The notes under the pieces are model-generated. The model saw nothing but the letters and a program-made list of their open reading frames with translations, was not told where the DNA came from and ran no database searches. Of a stretch of 48,006 nt of DNA, positions 19,672 to 29,259 are shown piece by piece (the first letter of the stretch is position 1; every line of letters begins with the position of its first letter). The stretch is from Candidatus Bathyarchaeota archaeon (GTDB taxonomy: Archaea > Thermoproteota > Bathyarchaeia > Bathyarchaeales > Bathycorpusculaceae). The stretch is taken from positions 1-48,006 of the forward strand of contig CAVYHV010000025.1 of assembly GCA_963768425.1 (NCBI GenBank). Direction: 5' to 3'. The position numbers were made by a program, and so were the translations under genes.

Positions 19672-20772
19672 CTAGTCTTCTCTCCATTTGAAAAGTCTGA
19701 CTGCCAAGGCGAATATTACAACCGTTATGACTGCTACAACCGTCAAGTCAATTATTGCGCCTGTGTAGTTCGAGTAAACCATTACGTTGTTTAAGCCTTC
19801 AATCACGTAGAAAAGTGGCAGAACATGGGCGATTGTTTGTAGATATTGTGGCATGATGCTGATTGGGAAAAAAGTACCTGAGAGGAACATCATTGGAAAC
19901 GTCACTATGTTGCCGATTACACCTGCAGTTTCAGGGTTTTTAGTAACTGTTCCGACAAGCATGCCGAGCGATGCGAAGAGCGTGGGACCGATAAGCAGAA
20001 AAGGTGTAAGCCAAGGCGTCAACGTCACGCTTGCGCCGTACACCAAAATCCCCACCACAACCATCAAAACGAAGCTTATGGCGGTTAAGACGATGTACCA
20101 CATTATCTTTGAGGCAAGCCACTCAAACTTTGTCAGCGGCGTCAGCGACAGTTGCTTGAACAGCTTGGTCTTCTTGTAGTCAGAGGATATGTTAACGAGG
20201 CTGAACATGGGGCTAACAAGGATGGCGAATCCGATTAAGCCTGGGACAAGAAAATCAATGTATTTTGTCTGATGAGTGTTAACAGTAGTGGGGGTTATGC
20301 CGATTATAGGTATCGCATTCGCCTTGTAGTAGTTAAGGTTGAAATAGTTGATGACTCCGTTCACGGTGCCGCTTACTATGCCGCTGGTGCTTGACGTCGG
20401 ATTCCCAAAAACCGTAACATTCACAGGGCGACCCGCCGTGTAATCGGCGGAGAAGTTTTCTGGGATTACGATTCCGTCCGACGATGAATGTGCGGCGAGG
20501 TATTTTGAAAAGTCCTCTGAAGTATTCACAGTGTGAACCCTAATCGTGCTTGAGCTGTTAAGTGCCGATAGAAACTTTGATGAAATTGGGCCATTGTCTT
20601 TGTTCTGAGCATAGACGCTAATTTGAGTCGAGCCGCTGCTTGAGAAGATGGCACCGAAAATCAAGATCAAGATAACTGGGAAAATAAGTCCGAAGAAAAG
20701 TCCGAATCTGTTCCTTAGGTATCCGCGGCTGAAGACTTTGAAGTCAGCCAATATTCTTTTTCCACTAGACAT
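19672..20772 (-). CDS. ABC-2 type transporter permease
   Basis: YIDFLVPG, PMMFLSGTFFP, about 6 TM segments. Confidence 0.92.
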   Translation of the reverse strand: MSSGKRILADFKVFSRGYLRNRFGLFFGLIFPVILILIFGAIFSSSGSTQISVYAQNKDNGPISSKFLSALNSSSTIRVHTVNTSEDFSKYLAAHSSSDGIVIPENFSADYTAGRPVNVTVFGNPTSSTSGIVSGTVNGVINYFNLNYYKANAIPIIGITPTTVNTHQTKYIDFLVPGLIGFAILVSPMFSLVNISSDYKKTKLFKQLSLTPLTKFEWLASKIMWYIVLTAISFVLMVVVGILVYGASVTLTPWLTPFLLIGPTLFASLGMLVGTVTKNPETAGVIGNIVTFPMMFLSGTFFPISIMPQYLQTIAHVLPLFYVIEGLNNVMVYSNYTGAIIDLTVVAVITVVIFALAVRLFKWRED

Positions 20773-21751
20773 CTTTCAGCCCTTCCCCATGCGCATGCTC
20801 ATCAAGTATTTCGCCGTGTTCGCTCAGCTTTCGGCTGACGAGCTTAACGAAAACGTCGTCTAAGCTGTCTCGGCGGGTCTGGATATCGCCCCAATCCATT
20901 TTTGACTGTTCAGCAGCCGCTAAAGCCGCTAATGCATCAATTTGTTGTTTGATTGGAACGCTGATTACTCCTCTTGCGGAGTCGTAGTCGACGTGAAGTT
21001 CCGTATTTGCCTTGATGTACTTTGCTAACTTTTCGGATCCGCGGATTTCAAGCCTTTCGCCTGAACCGTGCTCGGTTATGATTTCGTCGCTTGTTCCCAT
21101 AGCAACGATTTTTCCATGGTCCATGATAGCTACTCTGTCTGACAACTGCTGCGCCTCATCAAGGTAATGGGTTGTCAAAATGATTGTTTTGCCTTTAGCT
21201 TTCAACCCTCGGATGACATCCCAGATTGCTCTTCTAGCATTCGGGTCCAAGCCCGTGGTGGGTTCGTCAAGAAACAGAAGTTCGGGCGTGTTTACAAGTG
21301 AAAGAGCCAATCCCATTTTTTGTTTTTGCCCGCCGGAGAGACTATCAAAGTTGGTTTTAGCTGATTCTTCAAGCAAAACCTCCTTCAAAACTTCGTCAGG
21401 GTCTACTTTTATATCAAAAAGATCCGCGTAGTAAATGATCGCTTCCCTTGGGTTTATCTTTTCAATAAAATTGAACTCTTGCGGGATAACGCCAATCCTT
21501 TTATGAAGGTCATAACCTTTTTTCCACGGGTCGAAACCAAGAACCAGCGCGTCGCCTCCATCCCTTTCACGCAACCCCTCCAAGATTTCTATGGTTGTGG
21601 TTTTGCCTGCGCCGTTGGGACCTAAAAGGGCAAAAACTTCACCGTTGTTAACAGTGAACGAGATGCCATCTACAGCTTTTAAGCTTCCGTAATTCTTCTT
21701 TAGATAATGGACCTCAATGGGAATCAAAGTGTTAGCCCCTTTTTTTGCCAC
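20765..21751 (-). CDS. ABC transporter ATP-binding protein
   Basis: GPNGAGKTT, LSGGQ, LFLDEPTTGLD, TTH. Confidence 0.95.
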   Translation of the reverse strand: MAKKGANTLIPIEVHYLKKNYGSLKAVDGISFTVNNGEVFALLGPNGAGKTTTIEILEGLRERDGGDALVLGFDPWKKGYDLHKRIGVIPQEFNFIEKINPREAIIYYADLFDIKVDPDEVLKEVLLEESAKTNFDSLSGGQKQKMGLALSLVNTPELLFLDEPTTGLDPNARRAIWDVIRGLKAKGKTIILTTHYLDEAQQLSDRVAIMDHGKIVAMGTSDEIITEHGSGERLEIRGSEKLAKYIKANTELHVDYDSARGVISVPIKQQIDALAALAAAEQSKMDWGDIQTRRDSLDDVFVKLVSRKLSEHGEILDEHAHGEGLKDV

Positions 21752-21836
21752 TGATCTTAAAGCATTTCTCCTGTTTTTTTGCGTTGAATTATTCTTATAT
21801 AAGTTTCGGCTATAGATCTGGGCGGTTCTAAATAGT

Positions 21837-22355
21837 TCACTCGGTGTTGCTCACTTGTCTTTTCAGTGCCTTCCGTTTGGAAGCTCCGTTTAACCTATTG
21901 AAGATAAACAAAGTCAAATCTTCCGGGGGCACGTACCTGAGCCCCTTTTTATGGTAAACTTGAATTTCAAAAATACTTCGGTTGTACACTGTTCTGAGGA
22001 GGTAATAATCGAATTTTAAGACCCTTTTTTTCTTTCCCTCGCCCAGGTAGTAGCGAATAACGCAGAAAAAATCCATATTTTCCAAAGCCTGATTTGCAAG
22101 CAGATTCGTCACTTTCCCAACTTCTTCCTCGTCAACGTAGCTGAAACAATCTGCTTCGGCTAAACCGAACTCAAAAATGATGTGACAATTTGGAACTGTA
22201 GGATGCCCAACTTCTTCAAATGTGAATTCTCTCTTGTTTATTTCATAGAGCGCTTGGATTAACCTTTGTTGAAGATGTCGGCTTGGGATGTTTGAGGTAA
22301 AACTCTGCACATACTGGATGTTTTCTGGAAAATTGTCGAAAACGCCCAGCGTCAA
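21837..22355 (-). CDS. Hypothetical protein
   Basis: 172-aa ORF directly downstream of the UPF0148-like gene; globular composition. Confidence 0.7.
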   Translation of the reverse strand: MTLGVFDNFPENIQYVQSFTSNIPSRHLQQRLIQALYEINKREFTFEEVGHPTVPNCHIIFEFGLAEADCFSYVDEEEVGKVTNLLANQALENMDFFCVIRYYLGEGKKKRVLKFDYYLLRTVYNRSIFEIQVYHKKGLRYVPPEDLTLFIFNRLNGASKRKALKRQVSNTE

Positions 22356-22361
22356 ATATTC

Positions 22362-22748
22362 CTACTTTGCTTTTTTCATTTTTTGAACTTTGTCGAGGCT
22401 GTCAAGCAACTGTGATAACGTGGCGCTTAACTTTTGCATTTCTTCCACGTCTTGGGTTTTTTCGATTTTGTCTTGTAAGTCATTGATTTTGTTGAGCAAT
22501 GTTGATTCAAGCTTGTCGTAAGCTGTTGTGCTTGTGGATTGGGCGGCTGCGAGTTCTTCGCCTTCTTTTACGATAACGACTTTTTTTTGGTCTTTTGCGC
22601 ACCACAAACTCCCATCTTGTAGCCGGAAAAGCGGTGAGGAACAGACAGGGCATGAAAGATCGGTTAAAGTGGCCCCTTGCAGGAGCAGGTCAGCCATGCG
22701 TTTGATAGGTGTATCGTTTTCTTTCTTTTCTTGCAAGAACAACCCCAA
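22362..22748 (-). CDS. UPF0148 / autoantigen-p27-like zinc-ribbon protein
   Basis: MADLLLQGATLTDLSCPVCSSPLF...C followed by a coiled coil. Confidence 0.88.
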   Translation of the reverse strand: MGLFLQEKKENDTPIKRMADLLLQGATLTDLSCPVCSSPLFRLQDGSLWCAKDQKKVVIVKEGEELAAAQSTSTTAYDKLESTLLNKINDLQDKIEKTQDVEEMQKLSATLSQLLDSLDKVQKMKKAK

Positions 22749-22811
22749 AGTAAATACGTGTCAATACTTATATAACTTGATTTACTTGGAGAAATCAGTG
22801 GGGAGTTTATT

Positions 22812-23090
22812 ATGGTTCGCAAGAAGAAAGCCGAAGAATATGAAAGCAAAATTCAACAGGCGCTAACTGTGCTTGCAGAGGTTTCCGAGGACAGTACAAC
22901 ACCTAGGAACATAAGGCGCTCAGCCAAAGACGCTATAAACGCCCTCCAAAGCGGCGAATACACACCAGCTGTACGCGCTTCAAACGCCGTCTCGCTTTTG
23001 GACGAGATTCTTCAAGATCCTAACATGCCCCCCTACACGCGGGTTAAGCTCTGGAACGTAATGAGCTTCATCGAAGCAATAAAAGATTAA
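22812..23090 (+). CDS. UPF0147 family protein
   Basis: DSTTPRNIRRSA, DPNMPPYTR. Confidence 0.92.
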   Translation: MVRKKKAEEYESKIQQALTVLAEVSEDSTTPRNIRRSAKDAINALQSGEYTPAVRASNAVSLLDEILQDPNMPPYTRVKLWNVMSFIEAIKD

Positions 23091-23160
23091 TCAGCTTCAA
23101 ACAAGCTTCTTTTAAATAGTTTTAGAAAGAAACCGTCTGTTCACTTTGGTTGGTTTGCAG

Positions 23161-23634
23161 TTAGTTTCTCTGTTTAGATGGTTTCTTTGCTTCCTTGTAC
23201 GACAAGGCGCAGTGGATGCAGCAGAACGCTGTTTCTTTGCCATTTAAAAGTTCATGATAGCCGCCTTCATAGACCTTGCATCCGCAGTGAGCGCAGACGT
23301 ATAGACTTGGTTCAATTGCAATTGAAACCAGGTCTGCAAAGCGTTTGAAAAGTTCCGAACAAAGTTCTCTTCCTGCCTCGGTTAGTTCGAAAATCTTTCT
23401 TTCCTTCTGCCCGACGGATTTGACGATATGTTTGACTAAGCCTTTCTCTTCCAACTGTTGAAGGAATGGGTAAACTAGGCTTGGGCTAACGTCTTTTTTG
23501 ACTCTTTTCTTGAATCGGCTGATGATGCTGTATCCGTGCGCTGGTCCCTCGTACAGTATGGTGAGTATGTAGAAGCGTGAGAAGTCGCTGATTAATTCGT
23601 CAAAATTGTTTCCAGATTGGTTATCGTCAGGCAT
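23161..23634 (-). CDS. PadR-family regulator with C-terminal Cys-rich metal-binding domain
   Basis: HGYSII, SLVYPFLQQLEEKGLV, RKIFELTEAG; CAHC...FCCIHC. Confidence 0.9.
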   Translation of the reverse strand: MPDDNQSGNNFDELISDFSRFYILTILYEGPAHGYSIISRFKKRVKKDVSPSLVYPFLQQLEEKGLVKHIVKSVGQKERKIFELTEAGRELCSELFKRFADLVSIAIEPSLYVCAHCGCKVYEGGYHELLNGKETAFCCIHCALSYKEAKKPSKQRN

Positions 23635-23807
23635 TCTTTTCGCAAATTCATAAAGAGATGTTTAGTCATATTAAATGTTTTTTTAGATATATGCTGAAAA
23701 GAGCCTAACTCCTCCGCAAAATGGTACGTTTTGCATTTCACGGGGTTGCGCCAACAGATATATGCTACCTGTTACATTTCACTTTGGGTTCAGGGAGGAG
23801 TGCGCCA

Positions 23808-25199
23808 ATGAAATATGACGTTATAATTGTGGGTGCGGGGCCAGCAGGCATCTTTTCAGCGCTAGAACTAACCGAGAAAACAAACTTAAACGTCCTCATA
23901 ATCGACAGGGGGCCAGACATTGACAAACGTAAGTGCCCATCTAGCCGAGGATTCGAATGTGTGCATTGTGAACCTTGCTCAGTTCTTTCAGGCTGGGGCG
24001 GAGCAGGCGCCTACAGTGACGGAAAACTTACTTTGTCAACAGAGGTCGGCGGCTGGCTAAATCAGTACGTTTCAACTAAAGAACTTCAGGCGCTCGTTAA
24101 ATATGTCGATAGTATCTACCTGAAATTTGGGGCAAGCGACCGAGTTTACGGCGGCGACAGCGAAAAAGTGGATGAGATCGAACGTAACGCCTCCCTTGCC
24201 GGATTGAAGCTTATCAGGCAAGAAGTCCGTCACATGGGCACGGACAAATGTAGTGAAACCCTTCATCGAATGCGCAAAGAACTCAATGGGAAAATTACTT
24301 TTCACCCAAAATCAGAGGTTAAGGCGCTTCTCACCGAGAACCATCTGATCCAAGGTGTGGAAACTGTTGACGGCGAAAAAATCTTCGGCAAATATGTGAT
24401 AATTGCACCTGGCAGGAGCGGCGCAGAATGGCTTCAAACTGAAGCTCAGGTTCGCGGATTGAAAACTGTGAACAACCCTGTTGACATCGGCGTGCGCGTT
24501 GAAGTTTTAGCCTCGGTCATGGAAAATTTGACTAAGACGCTTTATGAGCCAAAACTCGTTTATTACTCAAAGCAATTTGACGACCAAGTGCGAACTTTCT
24601 GTGTCTCGCCCTACGGCGAAGTCACCACGGAATCCTACGACGGCGTATTAACTGTTAACGGGGGAAGCTACGCGGAAAGAAAAACCGATAACACAAACTT
24701 TGCTATCCTCGTTAGCACTTCGTTTACGGAGCCCTTCAAAGAGCCTATTGCTTATGGCAAATACGTTGCTAGGCTTTCAAACCTCTTAAGTGGAGGCGTA
24801 ATGGTTCAACGCCTAGGCGATTTAGTTGTTGGACGCCGCTCGACACCTGAACGGTTAGCGCGAAGCGTGGTCAGCCCAACTTTGAAAAACGCTACTCCAG
24901 GCGACTTAAGCTTCGTTTTACCCTACCGATACCTAGTAGACATCCGCGAGATGCTTCAAGCCTTAGACGTCATAGCCCCTGGGATCCACTCAAGGGACAC
25001 TTTGCTCTACGGTATAGAAGTCAAGTTTTACTCTTCCCATCTGCAACTTAGTAATTCTTTGGAAAGCAAAATCCAGAACATGTTCACCATAGGCGACGGT
25101 GCAGGAGTCACACGCGGGTTGATTCAAGCTTCAGCTTCAGGCGTAATCGTGGCGAGGGAGATTTTGAAACGTGAGCACTTAGTTGCGGCACAGACCTGA
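23808..25199 (+). CDS. FAD-dependent oxidoreductase
   Basis: YDVIIVGAGPAG, GGAGAYSDGKL, DIGVRVE, GDGAGVTRG; GGAGG upstream of ATG 23808. Confidence 0.92.
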   Translation: MKYDVIIVGAGPAGIFSALELTEKTNLNVLIIDRGPDIDKRKCPSSRGFECVHCEPCSVLSGWGGAGAYSDGKLTLSTEVGGWLNQYVSTKELQALVKYVDSIYLKFGASDRVYGGDSEKVDEIERNASLAGLKLIRQEVRHMGTDKCSETLHRMRKELNGKITFHPKSEVKALLTENHLIQGVETVDGEKIFGKYVIIAPGRSGAEWLQTEAQVRGLKTVNNPVDIGVRVEVLASVMENLTKTLYEPKLVYYSKQFDDQVRTFCVSPYGEVTTESYDGVLTVNGGSYAERKTDNTNFAILVSTSFTEPFKEPIAYGKYVARLSNLLSGGVMVQRLGDLVVGRRSTPERLARSVVSPTLKNATPGDLSFVLPYRYLVDIREMLQALDVIAPGIHSRDTLLYGIEVKFYSSHLQLSNSLESKIQNMFTIGDGAGVTRGLIQASASGVIVAREILKREHLVAAQT

Positions 25200-25245
25200 A
25201 AGCCTGCTTTACGTCATCAATATTTCGACCTTAGCGTTTCTGAAG

Positions 25246-25622
25246 TAATGTTAGGTTATATGTTATAGGCTTAAAATCTTGAAATAAGCATGAAGCTTCA
25301 GGCGAAAACGAAGCGGGATAAAACTTTGGGCAACGCTCTTCTAGACTGTATCAACAAAGTGTATTGACATTTGACCGACCGGTCGGCTTGTACACACAAG
25401 AGAGAACCTACCTCCCCTACCGCACCAGCCACTTTGCTATACCATATAACTCGATACCATAACTGACCATGAAAGGAGAGCTGCAAAGTGCTTAAAGCTT
25501 CTCGTTTGCTCACCTGTATATGCAAAGTGTATATGCAAACTGTATATGCATTGACCCGACCGGTCGGCTTGTGCACACAAGAGAGAGGGGGCCCTTCCTT
25601 GTTGACAAATAACTTAACATTA
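25246..25622. mobile_element. Non-autonomous MITE-like element (377 bp)
   Basis: Left end TAATGTTAGGTTATATGTTA; reverse complement of right end TAATGTTAAGTTATTTGTCA (17/20 identical); flanked by AGCGTTTCTGAA(G) at 25233-25245 and AGCGTTTCTGAA(A) at 25623-25635; no credible ORF. Confidence 0.78.
25346..25586. repeat. Duplicated module: 13-bp TGTAT..CAAA units + CCGACCGGTCGG palindrome + CTTGT(A/G)CACACAAG hairpin
   Basis: Copy 1 at about 25346-25405 (palindrome 25375-25386); copy 2 at about 25514-25586 (palindrome 25556-25567). Confidence 0.9.
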
Positions 25623-25692
25623 AGCGTTTCTGAAAACTTTAAAAGCGACCCTATATTATCAACCAATATTAAAAATAGGCAGAGATGTGAAA

Positions 25693-26229
25693 ATGAGCGA
25701 TAACAGCGATGTATTATCTAAAGTTAAAGGTCAAATGAACCTTCCCGAGCGCATAGCCGCTTTTGTTCCTGGTTTCCGCGGTTATAAGGAAAAAGAAATA
25801 CGTCGTGAAAGCGACAAGCTCATCAGGAATCACTTATACATGAAACTATCAATTGAAAAGACCGATCTGAGAGATATAGAGCAGAAGCTGGCTGACCGCC
25901 GCTACTTCGATGTCTTGACAGACATGGATCGGCTACTAGCCAAGATGGATCGCGTTGTCGAGAAGATTAATCATGCGTCCTATGGGTACAGCGGCTTTTT
26001 TGACGCTGTAAAGGTAAGAGAAGATAACCTTGATAACATGATAGCTTTCGACAATAAGCTTCTGGATGGAATAGTCGCTTTGACAACGGAAATTGATGCT
26101 TTCAAAGCTGACCTTTCCAGCGGCGCAACCTCGAACCTGAAAACTCGAGTTCAAAACGTAACTGACAAACTTGACAGTCTAGAAAACACATTTGATCAAC
26201 GTAACGAAGTAATTATGGGAGTGAGCTAA
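25693..26229 (+). CDS. Helical conserved hypothetical protein (SPFH operon partner)
   Basis: PGFRGYKEKEIRRESDKLIR, YGYSGFFD; 1 bp before the SPFH gene. Confidence 0.8.
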   Translation: MSDNSDVLSKVKGQMNLPERIAAFVPGFRGYKEKEIRRESDKLIRNHLYMKLSIEKTDLRDIEQKLADRRYFDVLTDMDRLLAKMDRVVEKINHASYGYSGFFDAVKVREDNLDNMIAFDNKLLDGIVALTTEIDAFKADLSSGATSNLKTRVQNVTDKLDSLENTFDQRNEVIMGVS

Positions 26230-26230
26230 A

Positions 26231-27223
26231 ATGCCGCAAGTTATAGAATGGGCAAGTTCCAATGCAAATTCCGACGAAATAATCTACAGGTATCCAGTCG
26301 AAGACATAACCTGGGGAGCCCAACTCATTGTTCACGAGTATGAAATGGCCGTTTTCTTCCGGGACGGCAAAGCCTACGATGTTTTTGGCGCCGGCAGGCA
26401 CACACTGACAACACTTAATTTACCTTTGCTTACAGGATTGCTGACGCGCATAGCAGGATTCGGCGCTAACAAGCCGTTCAAAGCAATGGTCCTCTACATT
26501 GCCACTAAAGTTTTCAACGGCAAGTGGGGTACAAGCGCACAAACCACAGAGTTAGCTCCGCTGAAAGTGTTCGGGCAGTTTCTCTTCAAAATTGAAGACG
26601 CCTCGTTGTTTGTGAATGAAGTGGTCGGTGGACAGAACGCTTACACAACGGATGACGTTAACAACTTCCTTCGGGGTTTCTTAAACGAAAAGATAATAGC
26701 GGAACTCTCGCACTACGACTTAATCACTGTTTTTACCAAAATCCAAGAAACCTCGATAATTGTCAAAAACTCAGTTTTAGACTACTTCAAACGCTTAGGC
26801 ATTGAACTAACAGACCTCCGATTCGAAGGTATCGACACAACGCCAGAATACCGAGAACGGCTGTTTTGGCTTAAAACCGGTAGCACTCCAGCCGATACAG
26901 TCTTACGAATGGAAACGGTGAAGAGCGCAGCTGCGTCTCTTGGTCAAGGAGGCGGTGGCGGCGGAGCAGGCCTAGGCACAGGCATGGTGCTCATACCGCA
27001 AATTATGAATTCAGCAGGTCAAGTTCAAGCGCAAGCCCCCACAGCAGCCCTTGTGATATGCCCCAAGTGCGGTGCACATGTTCCAGCTACATCAAAGTTC
27101 TGTCCCGAATGCGGATCCTCACTTACTCCTCCATCACAAGCCACAATCAACTGCCCCAAATGCGGTCACTCGATTCCTGCAAGCTCAAAGTTCTGTCCCG
27201 AATGCGGCGCAACAATTTCGTAG
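26231..27223 (+). CDS. SPFH (band 7, YdjI-like) domain protein with two zinc ribbons
   Basis: QLIVHEYEMAVFFRDG, GRHTLTT.NLP, KWGT; Gly-rich linker; CPKCG..KFCPECG twice. Confidence 0.9.
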   Translation: MPQVIEWASSNANSDEIIYRYPVEDITWGAQLIVHEYEMAVFFRDGKAYDVFGAGRHTLTTLNLPLLTGLLTRIAGFGANKPFKAMVLYIATKVFNGKWGTSAQTTELAPLKVFGQFLFKIEDASLFVNEVVGGQNAYTTDDVNNFLRGFLNEKIIAELSHYDLITVFTKIQETSIIVKNSVLDYFKRLGIELTDLRFEGIDTTPEYRERLFWLKTGSTPADTVLRMETVKSAAASLGQGGGGGGAGLGTGMVLIPQIMNSAGQVQAQAPTAALVICPKCGAHVPATSKFCPECGSSLTPPSQATINCPKCGHSIPASSKFCPECGATIS

Positions 27224-27235
27224 GATGACAAAGAC

Positions 27236-27583
27236 ATGTCTGAAAGTAGGCGGCAGCTGCTAACCATTGGCGTTTTCTTCATAATAGTAGTGGTCGCCAT
27301 ACTTCTCTATCCGACTAATGTAACTCATAACTGGGCGAACATTTTCCAACTGATCTTTATTCTGTTCGGAGTTTGGATCTTGGTTCTTGCAGCTATGAGA
27401 GCTCAAAGCTCTCAAAAGTACGAACGCTCCGCATACAGCACGATTCAAATGGGTGTGCTTCTCATGGCTTTGGGTGGCGCATGGTTCCTGTGGGGTTACA
27501 GTTGGATCTACTCGATAGCTTTGTTGTTGCTTGCCCTCGGCGCTATTGCAATCGCTTCAGCTATGCGAAAAAAGACTCCTTAA
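27236..27583 (+). CDS. Small four-TM membrane protein
   Basis: Four hydrophobic segments; 12 bp after the SPFH gene. Confidence 0.8.
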   Translation: MSESRRQLLTIGVFFIIVVVAILLYPTNVTHNWANIFQLIFILFGVWILVLAAMRAQSSQKYERSAYSTIQMGVLLMALGGAWFLWGYSWIYSIALLLLALGAIAIASAMRKKTP

Positions 27584-27649
27584 GCCATTTTTTGGCTCTA
27601 AACATTTTTCTATGTCCTTGTGCAGTCAATTGGCAGAAGGCTCAAAGTT

Positions 27650-29251
27650 ATGTCTGAAGAAGTCATCGGGCGCGGAACATGGTACGACATGATGGCTAAA
27701 AAAGTAGTCGACCGTGAGCGCGAGCTTGGCAGAAACATGAGTAGACTCCGCACGGAGATGGGTCTTGGCGCCTCAGGGTTCCCACATATCGGTAGCCTAG
27801 GAGACGCAGCACGCTCCTACACTGTCACGCTTGCCCTGCAGAATTCAGGCTTTAACTCTGAGTTGATTGCTTACTGCGATGACAAAGATGGCTTGCGCAA
27901 GGTTCCAGTAGGGCTATCGCCGGATTTGGAGCAATATCTTGGCTACCCTGTTTCCAGCATTCCTGACCCTTTCGGTTGCCATGAAAGCTACGGCAAACAC
28001 ATGAGCTCGCTTCTTTTGGAGTCCTTAGACAAATGCGGGATAGAGTACCGTTACTTTTCTGCAAAAGAAGTCTATGAGAAAGGATTGCTTCTTAACGAAA
28101 TAAGAACCATCTTGTTAAACGCTAAGAAAGTCGGCGAAATCGTTAAAGAGGAAGTCGGTCAAGAACGCTACACCGAAGTTCTACCATTCTTCCCTGTCTG
28201 CAGCAACTGCGGTCGCATCTACACCACAAAAGCCTACAGGTTCGAATCAGAAACCGATAAAGTTCTCTACAAATGCGAGGGCCTTGAAATCCGCGGCAGA
28301 CTCATCGAAGGCTGCGGGCACGAAGGCGAAGCAGATATATCGAAAGGCGAGGGAAAACTCACTTGGAAAGGCGAGTTCGCGGCTCGCTGGAAAGCGTTAG
28401 ATATACGTTTTGAAGCATACGGAAAAGACATCGCAGACTCAGTGAATATCAACGATCGAATATGCCGTGAAGTCCTCTCTTTTGAACCACCTTCCCACGC
28501 AAGGTATGAGATGTTTCTTGATAAAGGTGGAAAAAAAATCTCGAAATCAGCAGGCAATGTTTTCACGCCTCAAGTTTGGTTCCGCTACGGTTCCCCCCAA
28601 TCGTTACTACTTCTTATGCTGAAAAGGTTTGTCGGTACACGGAATTTGGATGTTTCGGATATTCCAGTGTACATGAATGAGCTTGACTTCCTTGAAGATG
28701 TTTACTTCGGAAGAAAACAGGCTGCCGAAAAAGAAGCAGTGAAGCTTAGAGGCTTGTTTGAGTACTGCTATGTTGCGAAGCCGCCATCAAAGCTAACCAT
28801 TCATGTGCCCTACAATCTGATGGCATTCCTCGTTAAGATGGCGCCTGAAGAGTGTCTGGAAAACTATGTCGCAGAGAAACTTCAAAGCTATGGTTACCTC
28901 CAGAAAGGCCAACCCTTAGACGGTAACTTGAAGCAACGCGTTGAATACGCTTTGAACTGGATCGGGGACTTTGAAGAAATCAAAGAAACAGACGTGGCGC
29001 TGAAGCCGGAAGAGAAAAAAGCAGTCGCCGAACTTACAGCCAACCTTGAAACTGAAGTTGAACCAGACAAAATTCAAAACGCCATCTTCAGTGCTGCAAA
29101 AAACAACGGAGTTCAACCTGGCAGTTTCTTTAAGATACTGTATCAGATTCTGATGGGAGCACCCCAAGGTCCGCGTTTAGGTCCGTACGTGCTTACCATG
29201 GGGAAGCAGAATGTTATTGCAGCTCTGAAAAGGGCTATAAGCAAAAACTGA
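27650..29251 (+). CDS. lysS: Lysyl-tRNA synthetase, class I
   Basis: SGFPHIG (HIGH-like), KISKS, GKLTWK, GPRLG. Confidence 0.95.
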   Translation: MSEEVIGRGTWYDMMAKKVVDRERELGRNMSRLRTEMGLGASGFPHIGSLGDAARSYTVTLALQNSGFNSELIAYCDDKDGLRKVPVGLSPDLEQYLGYPVSSIPDPFGCHESYGKHMSSLLLESLDKCGIEYRYFSAKEVYEKGLLLNEIRTILLNAKKVGEIVKEEVGQERYTEVLPFFPVCSNCGRIYTTKAYRFESETDKVLYKCEGLEIRGRLIEGCGHEGEADISKGEGKLTWKGEFAARWKALDIRFEAYGKDIADSVNINDRICREVLSFEPPSHARYEMFLDKGGKKISKSAGNVFTPQVWFRYGSPQSLLLLMLKRFVGTRNLDVSDIPVYMNELDFLEDVYFGRKQAAEKEAVKLRGLFEYCYVAKPPSKLTIHVPYNLMAFLVKMAPEECLENYVAEKLQSYGYLQKGQPLDGNLKQRVEYALNWIGDFEEIKETDVALKPEEKKAVAELTANLETEVEPDKIQNAIFSAAKNNGVQPGSFFKILYQILMGAPQGPRLGPYVLTMGKQNVIAALKRAISKN

Positions 29252-29259
29252 TTTTTTCA

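Noticed and set aside
25346-25586. Possible mini-CRISPR array
   Set aside because: Only two units, about 181 bp apart, which is far longer than a spacer; no cas genes in the window.
25249-25619. Tn7/Mu-type TGT...ACA ends
   Set aside because: The 5-bp flanks (AGTAA and TTAAG) do not match; the TAATG...CATTA boundary with a 12-13 bp duplication fits better.
25298-25703. ORFs 25298..25666 (-) and 25488..25703 (+) over the MITE-like element
   Set aside because: They translate repeat DNA, show no transposase or other motif, and cross the element boundary.
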